Shown in pieces: positions 1 through 8,739 of a DNA stretch of 64,000 nt. The stretch spans positions 672,001 through 736,000 of the forward strand of contig CAVWHX010000004.1 in assembly GCA_963754925.1 (NCBI GenBank). Reading direction: 5' to 3'. The position numbers and the translations under genes were made by a program. The notes under the pieces were generated by a model that worked only from the letters and a program-made list of their open reading frames with translations, searched no databases and was not told the origin of the DNA. The stretch comes from an uncultured delta proteobacterium. Lineage in GTDB: Bacteria > Myxococcota > B64-G9. Position 1 is the stretch's first letter; each line of letters starts with the position of its first letter.

Positions 1-1254
1 TTTCACGCGCACCGGCGCTACCAACTGCGAGTCGGAACCGATAAATACTTCATCCTCAATGATCGTCGGATACTTGTTGACACCGTCATAGTTGCAGGTG
101 ATGGTACCGGCGCCGACGTTGACGCCGGAGCCGATGGTGGAGTCGCCAAGGTAGGAAAGGTGATTGGCCTTGGAGCCCTTGCCGATTCGGCTCTTTTTCA
201 CTTCAACAAAATTGCCTATGTGAACATCGGCCAAAAGTTCCGTCCCGGGCCGCAGTCGAGCGAACGGTCCAACGATGGCCCCGGCGCCGACCTGGCAGTC
301 CTCCAACACCGAGTAAGCGCGTATTTCAACCCGATCGCCAATCCTGGCGCTGCTGATCACCGCCCCGGGGCCAATTCGGCACCCTTTACCGATACGGACA
401 ACACCCTGTATCTGGCAACCCGGGAGAATCACGGAGTCCGCCCCCACGCGCACCCGCGGCCCGATATAGGTCCTCTCCGGATCAACGACCGTAACGCCGT
501 TTCGCATAATACGCTCGACCAGTCGCTGGTTCATGATCGCTTCCAGGCGTGCGAGCTCTCGCCGATCGTTTGCGCCCAGCAAACTCTCCACCTGTTGCAC
601 CTCAACGCCGCGCACCTCGAGCCCTCGCCGGCGTGCCGTGGCGACCAGGTCGGTGAGGTAATACTCTCCCTGAGCATTGCCCTTGCCCTGGCCCGCCAGG
701 GTTGAAAAGGCAAACGTTGAATCAACCATATAGATGCCGGCGTTGATTTCTTTGACCGCGCGTTCGTCGGCGGACGCGTCAGCGTTCTCGACGATGCGCA
801 CCACTCCGCCCTGCTCGTCGCGGATCACCCGTCCATACCGCGCCGGATCTTCCAAGCGGCAGGTCAAAAAGGCTACCGTTGACCGACGGCCGGCGCTCTC
901 GAGGAAACCAAGTTCACGCGTGGTCAAGAGGGGAACATCGCCATACAGAATGACGAGCTTCTCCCGGTGCTTTTTGATCTTTGAACGGGCGCAGAGCACC
1001 GCGTGACCGGTGCCGCTGGGCGGATCCTGAACGACCGCCTGCACACGAGCGCCAAAACGGCTATCAAGAAAAACGCGCACGGCATCACCGCGTTTACCGA
1101 TAACGACCACCACCGGGTCATAGCCACGTGAAAGAGCCAGCGCAACCGGGTATGAAAGCATCGGCTCGCCGCATAGGGGATGCAAGACCTTCGGTAGCGC
1201 CGAGCGCATCCGTTTACCTTGTCCAGCGGCCAGTATCACACAGGCGGTCTTCAT
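1..1254 (-). CDS. glmU: Bifunctional UDP-GlcNAc pyrophosphorylase/glucosamine-1-P acetyltransferase (3' end outside window)
   Basis: Manual translation of the minus strand from ATG 1254 (RBS GGAGG): MKTACVILAAGQGKRMRSALPKVLHPLCG...NAQGEYYLTDLV...KANHLSYLGDS...GAGTITCNYDGVNK. Not in the ORF track because it runs off the edge. Confidence 0.97.
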   Translation of the reverse strand, partial: MKTACVILAAGQGKRMRSALPKVLHPLCGEPMLSYPVALALSRGYDPVVVVIGKRGDAVRVFLDSRFGARVQAVVQDPPSGTGHAVLCARSKIKKHREKLVILYGDVPLLTTRELGFLESAGRRSTVAFLTCRLEDPARYGRVIRDEQGGVVRIVENADASADERAVKEINAGIYMVDSTFAFSTLAGQGKGNAQGEYYLTDLVATARRRGLEVRGVEVQQVESLLGANDRRELARLEAIMNQRLVERIMRNGVTVVDPERTYIGPRVRVGADSVILPGCQIQGVVRIGKGCRIGPGAVISSARIGDRVEIRAYSVLEDCQVGAGAIVGPFARLRPGTELLADVHIGNFVEVKKSRIGKGSKANHLSYLGDSTIGSGVNVGAGTITCNYDGVNKYPTIIEDEVFIGSDSQLVAPVRVK

Positions 1255-1329
1255 CGACACCTCCAGTCACCGTTACGATTATATAGTACCAAGCGAGTGG
1301 CACCACCGATCGACTCGCACGTTGTGAAC

Positions 1330-2112
1330 CTACCGGCCTTGGAACTTGGCGGGGCGTTTTTCCAAGAATGCTTTGATGCCCTCGCGTTTGTCGTCAGTGG
1401 CGCAGCACAGACCAAACAGGTGGGCTTCCAACCGCAGTCCCTCGGCGAGACTGCCCTGTAACCCAAAATGAATGGCTTCCATGGCGTGTCGAACCGCCAG
1501 GGTGCTTTTATTGGCGAGTTTTTCGGCCAGCGCTGTGGCTGTCAGCATCAGCTCTCCAGGAGCGACAACCTTGTTGACCAAACCAATCCGGTAGGCCTCG
1601 TCGGCGGTGATAGCATCGCCGGTGAGCACCAACTCCATGGCCCGGCCCTCACCGACTAAGCGCGCCAATCGCTGGGTGCCGCCATAACCAGGGATGATCC
1701 CGAGATTGATCTCCGGTTGGCCAATTTTGGCTTTACTGGAGGCGATGCGAAGGTGACACGCCATGGCGATCTCGCAGCCGCCACCGAGGGCAAAACCATT
1801 AATCGCTGCAATCACCGGTTTGCCGACGTTTTCGATACGATCGCACACCCCCTGTCCGCGATAGCAGGACTCCGCCCCGGGAATGGCGTCCCAGCCGCTT
1901 AATTCTTCTATATCCGCCCCCGCGATAAAGGCTCTGTCACCCGCACCGGTGAGAATAATGGCTTTGGTAGCGGGATCCCGCGCAAGGTCGCTAAAGGCTT
2001 GCACTAATTCCTGGCGGGTTTTCTCGTTGAGCGCGTTCAGTACCGCGGGCCGATTGACCGTCACCTGCGCCCAGGACTGATTCTTGGACACGATGAGATT
2101 CTCGAATTCCAT
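1330..2112 (-). CDS. Enoyl-CoA hydratase/crotonase family protein
   Basis: NRPAVLNALN, AFIAGADI, ALGGGCEIAMAC, GQPEINLGIIPGYGGTQRL. Confidence 0.93.
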   Translation of the reverse strand: MEFENLIVSKNQSWAQVTVNRPAVLNALNEKTRQELVQAFSDLARDPATKAIILTGAGDRAFIAGADIEELSGWDAIPGAESCYRGQGVCDRIENVGKPVIAAINGFALGGGCEIAMACHLRIASSKAKIGQPEINLGIIPGYGGTQRLARLVGEGRAMELVLTGDAITADEAYRIGLVNKVVAPGELMLTATALAEKLANKSTLAVRHAMEAIHFGLQGSLAEGLRLEAHLFGLCCATDDKREGIKAFLEKRPAKFQGR

Positions 2113-2166
2113 ACGTAGGCTCCTGTGGGTGGGCTCCGAACACTGCCCATCCTCGGTGAATGGCTA

Positions 2167-2883
2167 TCACTTGCTCTCGGAAAGAGAGCCGCTCAGACGT
2201 TTATAGCCGGTCGGAACAGAAAACAAGCTTTGGTCAGTCGGCCCCACGTTAATCTTGGTCACCCGTGTACGTGAGGTGACATGCTGACGATTGACTACCT
2301 GTTCAGTTTTAACCTGAACGGGATAGCCATCGATTGCACTTGCATATTCCGTCAGGCGTCCCAGCATCTTTTCGATCCCAATTCTTTTCATCAAATCCAG
2401 GTACGCCTTGAAATCCATGTTGACATCTTTCGTCACCCACAGCTCACTCTTGACCGAGAGCTCCCCGCCTTGCTCAAATATTATTTTTCGGCAGCGCCAA
2501 TCGCCGATCTTTTTCACTTCATCAGTTTTGATCAGTTTGGGCTGAGACGTTTCATCAGTCAGACCAGCCGAAGCTATCTGCATTGCCACGATCCGACGAT
2601 AATCATCTATGTTAACCTCAAGATATTGTTTCTCCTCGGTCGGCATGAGGTAGATCCGATCGGCTTTGACATCGAAAATGGCTATTGATGATTGCTTCCC
2701 GCTCGTGGTTTCAAAGCGCAGCATGTTATCGGTATACCAAATGCGCTGGATAGTTTTGTTCTCCGGCTGACCACCCAAGGTCTGAACGACTTCTTGCTCG
2801 ATATAGGTGACGTTTTCAATCGCAGAAGCGATCGGGTGTAACCACAAAAACCCTGCGATTACCACAAAAGTGCGTGCGATCAT
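2167..2883 (-). CDS. Secreted protein, DUF4412-like
   Basis: Start chosen at ATG 2883 after GGAGG; signal peptide; KTDEVKKIGDWRCRK...ELWVT...GYPV...SLFSVPTGYK pattern. Confidence 0.65.
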   Translation of the reverse strand: MIARTFVVIAGFLWLHPIASAIENVTYIEQEVVQTLGGQPENKTIQRIWYTDNMLRFETTSGKQSSIAIFDVKADRIYLMPTEEKQYLEVNIDDYRRIVAMQIASAGLTDETSQPKLIKTDEVKKIGDWRCRKIIFEQGGELSVKSELWVTKDVNMDFKAYLDLMKRIGIEKMLGRLTEYASAIDGYPVQVKTEQVVNRQHVTSRTRVTKINVGPTDQSLFSVPTGYKRLSGSLSESK

Positions 2884-3007
2884 GAAGCCTCCTTCACGAG
2901 AGCTCTCGCTCTGCAATGGTATACCGTACCGATAGGCAGGATTCAAGCAAGGGAAGTTGATCTGAACGAATTAGCCATATAGGATATTTTTTCAGAGGAG
3001 GTAGCCG

Positions 3008-4057
3008 ATGCTCTCACCGGTATACTGGAAAGAAGATGGCATCTGTTTGATCGATCAGAACAAACTGCCGCACGAAGAGAAGTGGCTCATCATCCGGACG
3101 GTCGACGAGCTCGCCAAAGCGATTCGCAGCTTGACCGTTCGAGGTGCGCCGGCCATCGGCATCGCCGCCGCTTTTGGCTGCGCCTTGGCTGCAAAAACAT
3201 GTTCAGGAGATGATCCTGAGAAAATCGTCAGCGAAATTCGGACCGCTGCCGATTTTCTGAGCCAAACCCGCCCGACCGCAGTCAACCTTTTTTGGGCGCT
3301 GAACCGAATCCGTAACCGCTCGGAACAACTTCTTACGGAAGGTGCACCGGCGGAGATCCTTCGCGCCGGGATTCTGGCAGAAGCCGAAGCGATTCGCGCC
3401 GAGGATATCGCTGCCTGCCGGCAGATTGGCAACAACGGCGCCCGGCTGCTACCCGATCGCGTCACGGTATTGACGCACTGCAACACCGGGTCGTTAGCCA
3501 CCGGCGGCTATGGAACCGCGCTGGGAGTTGTCCGCGCGGCGCATGACCTGGGGAAGGACGTCCATGTCTACGCCGATGAAACCCGTCCCCTGCTCCAGGG
3601 TGCCCGTCTGACCGTATGGGAACTGATGCGCGATGGCATCGACGTGACCCTCATTTGCGACAACATGTCTGGCGCGCTCATGCGTCAGGGCCGCATTGAC
3701 GCCTGTCTCGTGGGAGCCGACCGAATCGCCAGAAACGGCGACACCGCGAACAAGATCGGCACCTATACGATAGCGGTACTGGCCCGCCGGCATGGGATTC
3801 CCTTTTACGTGGCGGCGCCGTTTTCTACCGTAGATCTTGCATGCGCTTCCGGCGACGAGATTGAAATTGAACAACGCGACCCGACCGAAGTGACCTCCCC
3901 GGCTGGGGTGGCTGTTGCTCCAGCCGGAACCGCGGTTTGGAACCCAGCCTTCGATATTACTCCCGGTACACTCATTACCGCGATAATCACCGAGCGTGGC
4001 GTGGCACAACAGCCTGATCTTGCTCAGGGTCTACAACGTCTGGCAGAAACAACGTAG
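3008..4057 (+). CDS. mtnA: S-methyl-5-thioribose-1-phosphate isomerase
   Basis: VRGAPAIG, TRPTAVNLFWA, THCNTGSLATGGYGTALG, DETRPLLQGARLT, GADRIARNGDTANKIGT. Confidence 0.96.
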   Translation: MLSPVYWKEDGICLIDQNKLPHEEKWLIIRTVDELAKAIRSLTVRGAPAIGIAAAFGCALAAKTCSGDDPEKIVSEIRTAADFLSQTRPTAVNLFWALNRIRNRSEQLLTEGAPAEILRAGILAEAEAIRAEDIAACRQIGNNGARLLPDRVTVLTHCNTGSLATGGYGTALGVVRAAHDLGKDVHVYADETRPLLQGARLTVWELMRDGIDVTLICDNMSGALMRQGRIDACLVGADRIARNGDTANKIGTYTIAVLARRHGIPFYVAAPFSTVDLACASGDEIEIEQRDPTEVTSPAGVAVAPAGTAVWNPAFDITPGTLITAIITERGVAQQPDLAQGLQRLAETT

Positions 4058-4097
4058 CTGTTACCATTGAAACCAAGGATGACGAGCCTGAAAAATC

Positions 4098-4126
4098 TTG
4101 ACATCAATAGAGAAACCCCGTAGTTA
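4098..4126 (+). promoter_or_regulatory. Sigma70-type promoter for rplU-rpmA
   Basis: TTGACA-N17-TAGTTA about 60 nt upstream of rplU. Confidence 0.6.
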
Positions 4127-4184
4127 ATGGCGCCCGTCCCGGATGAATACCCAGAACGGGTTGAAATCGTAAGGAGTCTTATCC

Positions 4185-4499
4185 ATGTATGCGGTATTAA
4201 CGACTGGTGGAAAGCAGTACCGGGTCGAGCAGGGTGACCGGTTGAAAATCGAAAAAATATCCGGCGTCGTGGGTGATGAAGTGAGTTTCAATGACATTTT
4301 GATGATAGGCGGCACCGACAACATTAAGATCGGCTGCCCTCACGTGAAGGGCGTCGTGGTCAGAGGTCGCATCCTCGAACAGGATCGTTCGAAAAAGGTA
4401 ATCGTATACAAGGTCAGACGACGTAAGAAATTTCGCAAGACCCAAGGCCACCGCCAGGCTTTTAGCCGGGTTGAGATCACCGCTATTGAAGGCGCGTAA
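4185..4499 (+). CDS. rplU: 50S ribosomal protein L21
   Basis: [14 protein letters not shown]...GHRQ. Confidence 0.98.
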   Translation: MYAVLTTGGKQYRVEQGDRLKIEKISGVVGDEVSFNDILMIGGTDNIKIGCPHVKGVVVRGRILEQDRSKKVIVYKVRRRKKFRKTQGHRQAFSRVEITAIEGA

Positions 4500-4510
4500 G
4501 GAGATCGTCT

Positions 4511-4771
4511 ATGGCGCATAAAAAAGCTGCGGGCTCTGCTCGCAACGGACGCGATAGCCAAGGCCAGCGACGGGGGGTTAAGATTTATAGCGGACAGCCG
4601 GTGAAAGCCGGTAATATTCTTGTTCGCCAAGTCGGCAGCAAGATCTACCCGGGAACCAATGTCCGCATGGGCCGTGATTTCACCCTGTTTGCGCTGAAGG
4701 ACGGTGTCGTTCAGTATGGGCGTAAAGGGCGCTTCCGCCAGCAGGCCTGGGTGGTCCCCGCGAATAAGTGA
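4511..4771 (+). CDS. rpmA: 50S ribosomal protein L27
   Basis: [16 protein letters not shown]...GNILVRQ. Confidence 0.98.
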   Translation: MAHKKAAGSARNGRDSQGQRRGVKIYSGQPVKAGNILVRQVGSKIYPGTNVRMGRDFTLFALKDGVVQYGRKGRFRQQAWVVPANK

Positions 4772-4814
4772 TTCGGATGCCCTAACTATACACTGCATTA
4801 GCAATTTTGATCGG

Positions 4815-4843
4815 GCCACGGTATATGTTCACCGTGGCTTTTT
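4815..4843 (+). terminator. Rho-independent terminator after rpmA
   Basis: GCCACGGT-N8-ACCGTGGC followed by TTTTT. Confidence 0.75.
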
Positions 4844-4882
4844 AATATATACCTGAGACACGTTATTACTGGGTAAATCCAA

Positions 4883-5896
4883 ATGAAGTTTGTGGATGAG
4901 GTTGTGGTCGAGGTGCAAGCCGGCAAGGGCGGCGACGGGTGCGTCTCGTTTCGTCGTGAGAAGTACATTCCCCGGGGCGGACCGGACGGTGGCGATGGCG
5001 GGCGCGGCGGCAATGTGATCGTACGCGCCGATGGCTCAGTCTGCACCTTGATGGATCACCGCTATATTAGGCATTATCGCGCGTCCCCGGGCGAGCCGGG
5101 CCGCGGGAGCGACCAGTTTGGTAAAGCCGGAAACAACTTAGTCGTGCGAGTTCCCGTTGGCACTCTGGTATTCAATGCCGAAACTAATGTCCTGCTCGTC
5201 GATCTTTCCTGCGATGGCGCCGAGCAGGTAGCCGCCCATGGGGGAAAAGGCGGCCATGGCAATTTGCACTTCAAGAGCGCCACCAATCAAGCGCCGCGAA
5301 AAGCCGAACTCGGCCAACCCGGTGACAAGATGAGTTTGCGGCTCGAGCTTAAACTGTTGGCAGACGTTGGTGTAATTGGTTTGCCGAATGCCGGAAAGTC
5401 AACGTTGGTATCACGCATCTCTCGCGCGCATCCGAAGATTGCCGATTACCCGTTCACCACCCTGGTTCCGACCCTGGGAGTGGTCGCACGGGGCGAGGGG
5501 GAAAGTTTTGTCATCGCCGACGTGCCGGGGCTGATCGAAGGCGCTCACCAGGGAGTAGGGTTGGGTGACCGTTTCCTGCGTCACATCGAGCGCTGCAAGC
5601 TGCTGCTGCACCTCATCACATGGTTCGCCGGCGAACCAGCCGAACCCGTGCAGCTGGTCAACCATCTTGACGTACTCGAACGGGAACTGGCTCTGTATAA
5701 TCCGCAGCTATCACAGAAGCCGCGCCTGATTGCTATTTCCAAAATCGATTTGACCGAGGTGCGCGCCCTGATTGAACCAGTCAGGGCGCTGCTTTCAAGC
5801 CGCTCTATTCCTGTTTTGGCATTTTCGGCCGTCACCGGTGAAGGATTGCCCGAACTCACGCGCGCGCTATTCAACCAGGTCCGTGATGCACGGTAG
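4883..5896 (+). CDS. obgE: GTPase Obg/CgtA
   Basis: FRREKYIPRGGPDGGDGG, GLPNAGKST, DYPFTTL, DVPG; follows rplU-rpmA. Confidence 0.98.
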   Translation: MKFVDEVVVEVQAGKGGDGCVSFRREKYIPRGGPDGGDGGRGGNVIVRADGSVCTLMDHRYIRHYRASPGEPGRGSDQFGKAGNNLVVRVPVGTLVFNAETNVLLVDLSCDGAEQVAAHGGKGGHGNLHFKSATNQAPRKAELGQPGDKMSLRLELKLLADVGVIGLPNAGKSTLVSRISRAHPKIADYPFTTLVPTLGVVARGEGESFVIADVPGLIEGAHQGVGLGDRFLRHIERCKLLLHLITWFAGEPAEPVQLVNHLDVLERELALYNPQLSQKPRLIAISKIDLTEVRALIEPVRALLSSRSIPVLAFSAVTGEGLPELTRALFNQVRDAR

Positions 5897-5919
5897 AGTG
5901 CACCAATGTACCATACAAG

Positions 5920-6041
5920 AACAAGCGACAGAACGAAGCAGACCGAGGAGTGACGAAGCTGAGGAGTGAAGCGTACTAAACGTACGCTGCAACGACGAAG
6001 CGAGGAAGCGACAAGGGTATGCGAAGTTATGTCGCTTTGTT
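5920..6041. repeat. ~120-bp imperfect palindromic (REP/MITE-like) element between convergent genes
   Basis: Ends AACAAGCGACAGAAC ... GTTATGTCGCTTTGTT are near-inverted repeats; apex hairpin GCGTAC-TAAAC-GTACGC; repeated GACGAAGC/GAGGAGTGA motifs. Confidence 0.6.
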
Positions 6042-6657
6042 ACCAGATGCTCTCGGGGACATAGACGATATCACCCGGTTCGAGGAAGAAGTTTTTCGCT
6101 TTGCCTTCGGCAATGGCTTCGACCGGAATAAAAAACTTCTTTTCCTCGTTATCAACCATGCGGGTGACATTGATCTCGTTCTTCGAGGCGATATTGGTAA
6201 ACCCGCCGGCCATACTGACTGCTTGGATTACCGTCATACGGTCTTCGTAATTAAACGTACCCGGTTTGGTGACCTGGCCAAACACCGAAACCTTCTTGGA
6301 GTTGTACTCCTTGACAAAAATACTCACCTGCGGATTTTTGAGGAAGCGCTCGGCGAGTTTCTGCTGAATAATATCGGCTACGTCAGAGCTGGTCAACCCC
6401 TCAAGCTGAATTCTTCCCACCAACGGAAAGTTGATACTGCCCGATGAAGACACGCGGTAGATACCGCTCAGTTCCTGCTCGTCGTAGATTTTGACCTCAA
6501 ACACATCTCCGGGCCCCAGGGTGGAAGCCGGCACAAACTTATTAGGCACCACTTCCGGGGTGCGTGGTGTGTTCTTCAACCAGCAGGCCGGTACGGTAAC
6601 CATCAAAATTATGATCGCGAACCATCTCACGATCCTTGCACCTCTTTCGTGCTCCAT
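6040..6657 (-). CDS. Short OPX (Wza-like) polysaccharide export lipoprotein, Poly_export + SLBB domains
   Basis: Lipobox-like VPAC; LGPGDVFEVKIY...GSINFPLVG...FLKNPQVS; VFGQVTKPG; ends LEPGDIVYVPESIW with no C-terminal OM helix. Confidence 0.9.
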   Translation of the reverse strand: MEHERGARIVRWFAIIILMVTVPACWLKNTPRTPEVVPNKFVPASTLGPGDVFEVKIYDEQELSGIYRVSSSGSINFPLVGRIQLEGLTSSDVADIIQQKLAERFLKNPQVSIFVKEYNSKKVSVFGQVTKPGTFNYEDRMTVIQAVSMAGGFTNIASKNEINVTRMVDNEEKKFFIPVEAIAEGKAKNFFLEPGDIVYVPESIW

Positions 6658-6672
6658 ATACCTAACCAGGGG

Positions 6673-7914
6673 TTAATAGTCCAACTTGACGAAGATACTG
6701 ATGATGTGTTTGTTGTATTCCACGCCGGTGTTTGGCGAAATTGGTTGTTTGTAATCCGAGAAGAGCTGCTGGAAGTCATAGCGAAGTCCCACGTTGAGCC
6801 AATCCAGTATGCTATAGTCGAGTATAAGATTTCCGGAAAGAAAGTTATCATAGCGGTTCTTGTTTTGCACAAGATCTTTGCCATAATTAAGAGATCAAAT
6901 CCGACGTTAGCCTCGATCGAAAACTTGCCCGCAATCTGCTGGAGGAATTTCACATAGAAGCGATCCTGCCCAAAATAAGCAAAAAACATCACCGGCTGGA
7001 AGTTGCGAAGATAGCCTCCCTGGATAAAAGTCGTCCCACTGCGAAATTCGAGTTCAGCCTGGCCGATTGCAGAGCTAAAGTTCGAACCGGCGTAATTTGT
7101 CGGTTTGCTGAACAACGTATTGCCGTAACCAGCCTTTACCGTCAAGGCGAGCAGCGAGGTGATTTGGCCTCGCAGACCCACGGTCGCCCGGATGCCATTG
7201 ATATCGATGTTCCGAATATTCTGACCATTAAATTGTGTTGGGTACACATCGAAGTAACGGCGCAGATCCGCGTCGGCGTCCACAATCAAGGCTGTTTTCG
7301 GCAAAAATTTCCATTTACCCGAAAAGTAAATTCGATGGGCATAGCTCGACAATTCTCGGTAATCGTCAAAATAGTCGATGAAGAAACCATAGGCCAGATC
7401 GAACGTCAACGCCTGGCTGCCTGGTTTTATCTGCAGGTGAGCCTTAATTTCATCGTCGGTCCGGTTAAATTTTCCGGTTAGCGAGGTGTATCGAGGATCG
7501 CCACTTCTGCTCAACACATCTTCAATGAAAAAACTGATCTGACCTTTTGGGTTAAACCCAAAATTGAGATTGGCGTCCGCGACAACTGAGCTTAAACTTT
7601 CTGGTATCTGGATTGCTGATGCCAAAGTACCAATCGTACCCAACTCTTCCGGCTATATCGACCGCGAAAATCTCCGACGGGTATTCTATCGTGATACCGG
7701 GACGAATGCGCAGAAACATATCTCCGACAGCGCCATTAGTAAAGTAACCAGGATTGGTGTCGTATGCCAGATCCAGATCGAGCGAGGGATGCAAACGTCC
7801 ATCACCGGCAACAATTCCTTCGCCACGCGCCGAAGCATATTTTTCCCCGACAATCATCAGGGGAATAATCAACAGGCACGAAGTGACTACAGATCGACAG
7901 GCTGAAGCATTCAT
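6673..7914 (-). CDS. Outer-membrane beta-barrel (Wzp/EpsX-like OPX partner); split by two compensating indels (~7595, ~6887)
   Basis: ORFs 7552..7914, 6627..7643 and 6673..6870 join into ~413 aa: signal peptide, RLHPSLDLDLAYDTN, amphipathic strands, C-terminal aromatic (VKLDY); directly upstream of the OPX gene. Confidence 0.75.
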
Positions 7915-8032
7915 CGGTAATTGGATCCTACTGCGCCCTGGACCCGCGATCTCGGACCCCAGCGTTCGGAGAAAAAGTTAGAACAACTACTAAAACCCCG
8001 CTCCTTTTTGAAACATTATCCACATATCCTCT

Positions 8033-8587
8033 TTATTGATACGGGCTCGCGGCAGGTGGACGAATTATCGGCGTGTCGGGGAGTTTTTCAGCGGTTGGAT
8101 CATATTCCGGCACTATATCTTTGTCTATTTCCACTTCCACCGTCGTTTTGCCTACCGCAAAAGCCAGTTCGCCAACACACTGTTCTGACTCTATTTTTAG
8201 AATTTTGACTTTTTGATGCGCTATGGCAATCTTTTGGAACTCGTGCGTGCTGCTATCCTTCTCGCCTTTGGTTACGGCTTCCTGTAACGCAATATCAGCT
8301 TGCTCGGAAATGCGAATGAGTCCTTTGATGTTGATCAACTTTTCATTAACGCAATTTATTTTGATGACGTCTTTTTGATCGCGAGAATCTTTTAATATCT
8401 TCAAGACATCCGTCAGAATCTTCCTCATCTCATTGAGATTTTTTTCCGCCGTGTCCACCTTGTCCTTATCCGAAAGCTGCTCGGCTTTCTCGAAATCAGC
8501 TTGCTGGGTCGGTTGGGCAGGAATCTCTTTGGTGTACCCAACGCCGGCACCAAAGATGAAAATAGCCGCTAGCAAAAATCTATACAT
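8033..8587 (-). CDS. Secreted helical hypothetical protein
   Basis: Signal peptide, helical/coiled-coil body, two Cys (KINCVNEK, SEQCVGE), Pro-rich tail RPPAASPYQ; RBS GGAGG. Confidence 0.8.
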   Translation of the reverse strand: MYRFLLAAIFIFGAGVGYTKEIPAQPTQQADFEKAEQLSDKDKVDTAEKNLNEMRKILTDVLKILKDSRDQKDVIKINCVNEKLINIKGLIRISEQADIALQEAVTKGEKDSSTHEFQKIAIAHQKVKILKIESEQCVGELAFAVGKTTVEVEIDKDIVPEYDPTAEKLPDTPIIRPPAASPYQ

Positions 8588-8663
8588 CCAACCTCCTGCT
8601 CAAAACCACGGGCACAGCCAACTTCCCGAAAACATAGGAAAACTCACAATATAATTCCTCGCC

Positions 8664-8691
8664 ATTATAATGCAACCTGTCCGAATGTCAA
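8664..8691 (-). promoter_or_regulatory. Consensus sigma70 promoter for the secreted protein-barrel-OPX unit
   Basis: Minus strand TTGACA-N16-TATAAT. Confidence 0.75.
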
Positions 8692-8739
8692 CTCTTTTCG
8701 TACTTTATTCACTTCGTTGACCCTGTTGCCAGGAGCTCC

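Noticed and set aside
160..1145. ORF-track entries 160..705, 531..725, 734..1006, 924..1145
   Set aside because: Shadow frames of glmU; the same applies to the many antisense and alternate-frame ORFs overlapping confident genes throughout
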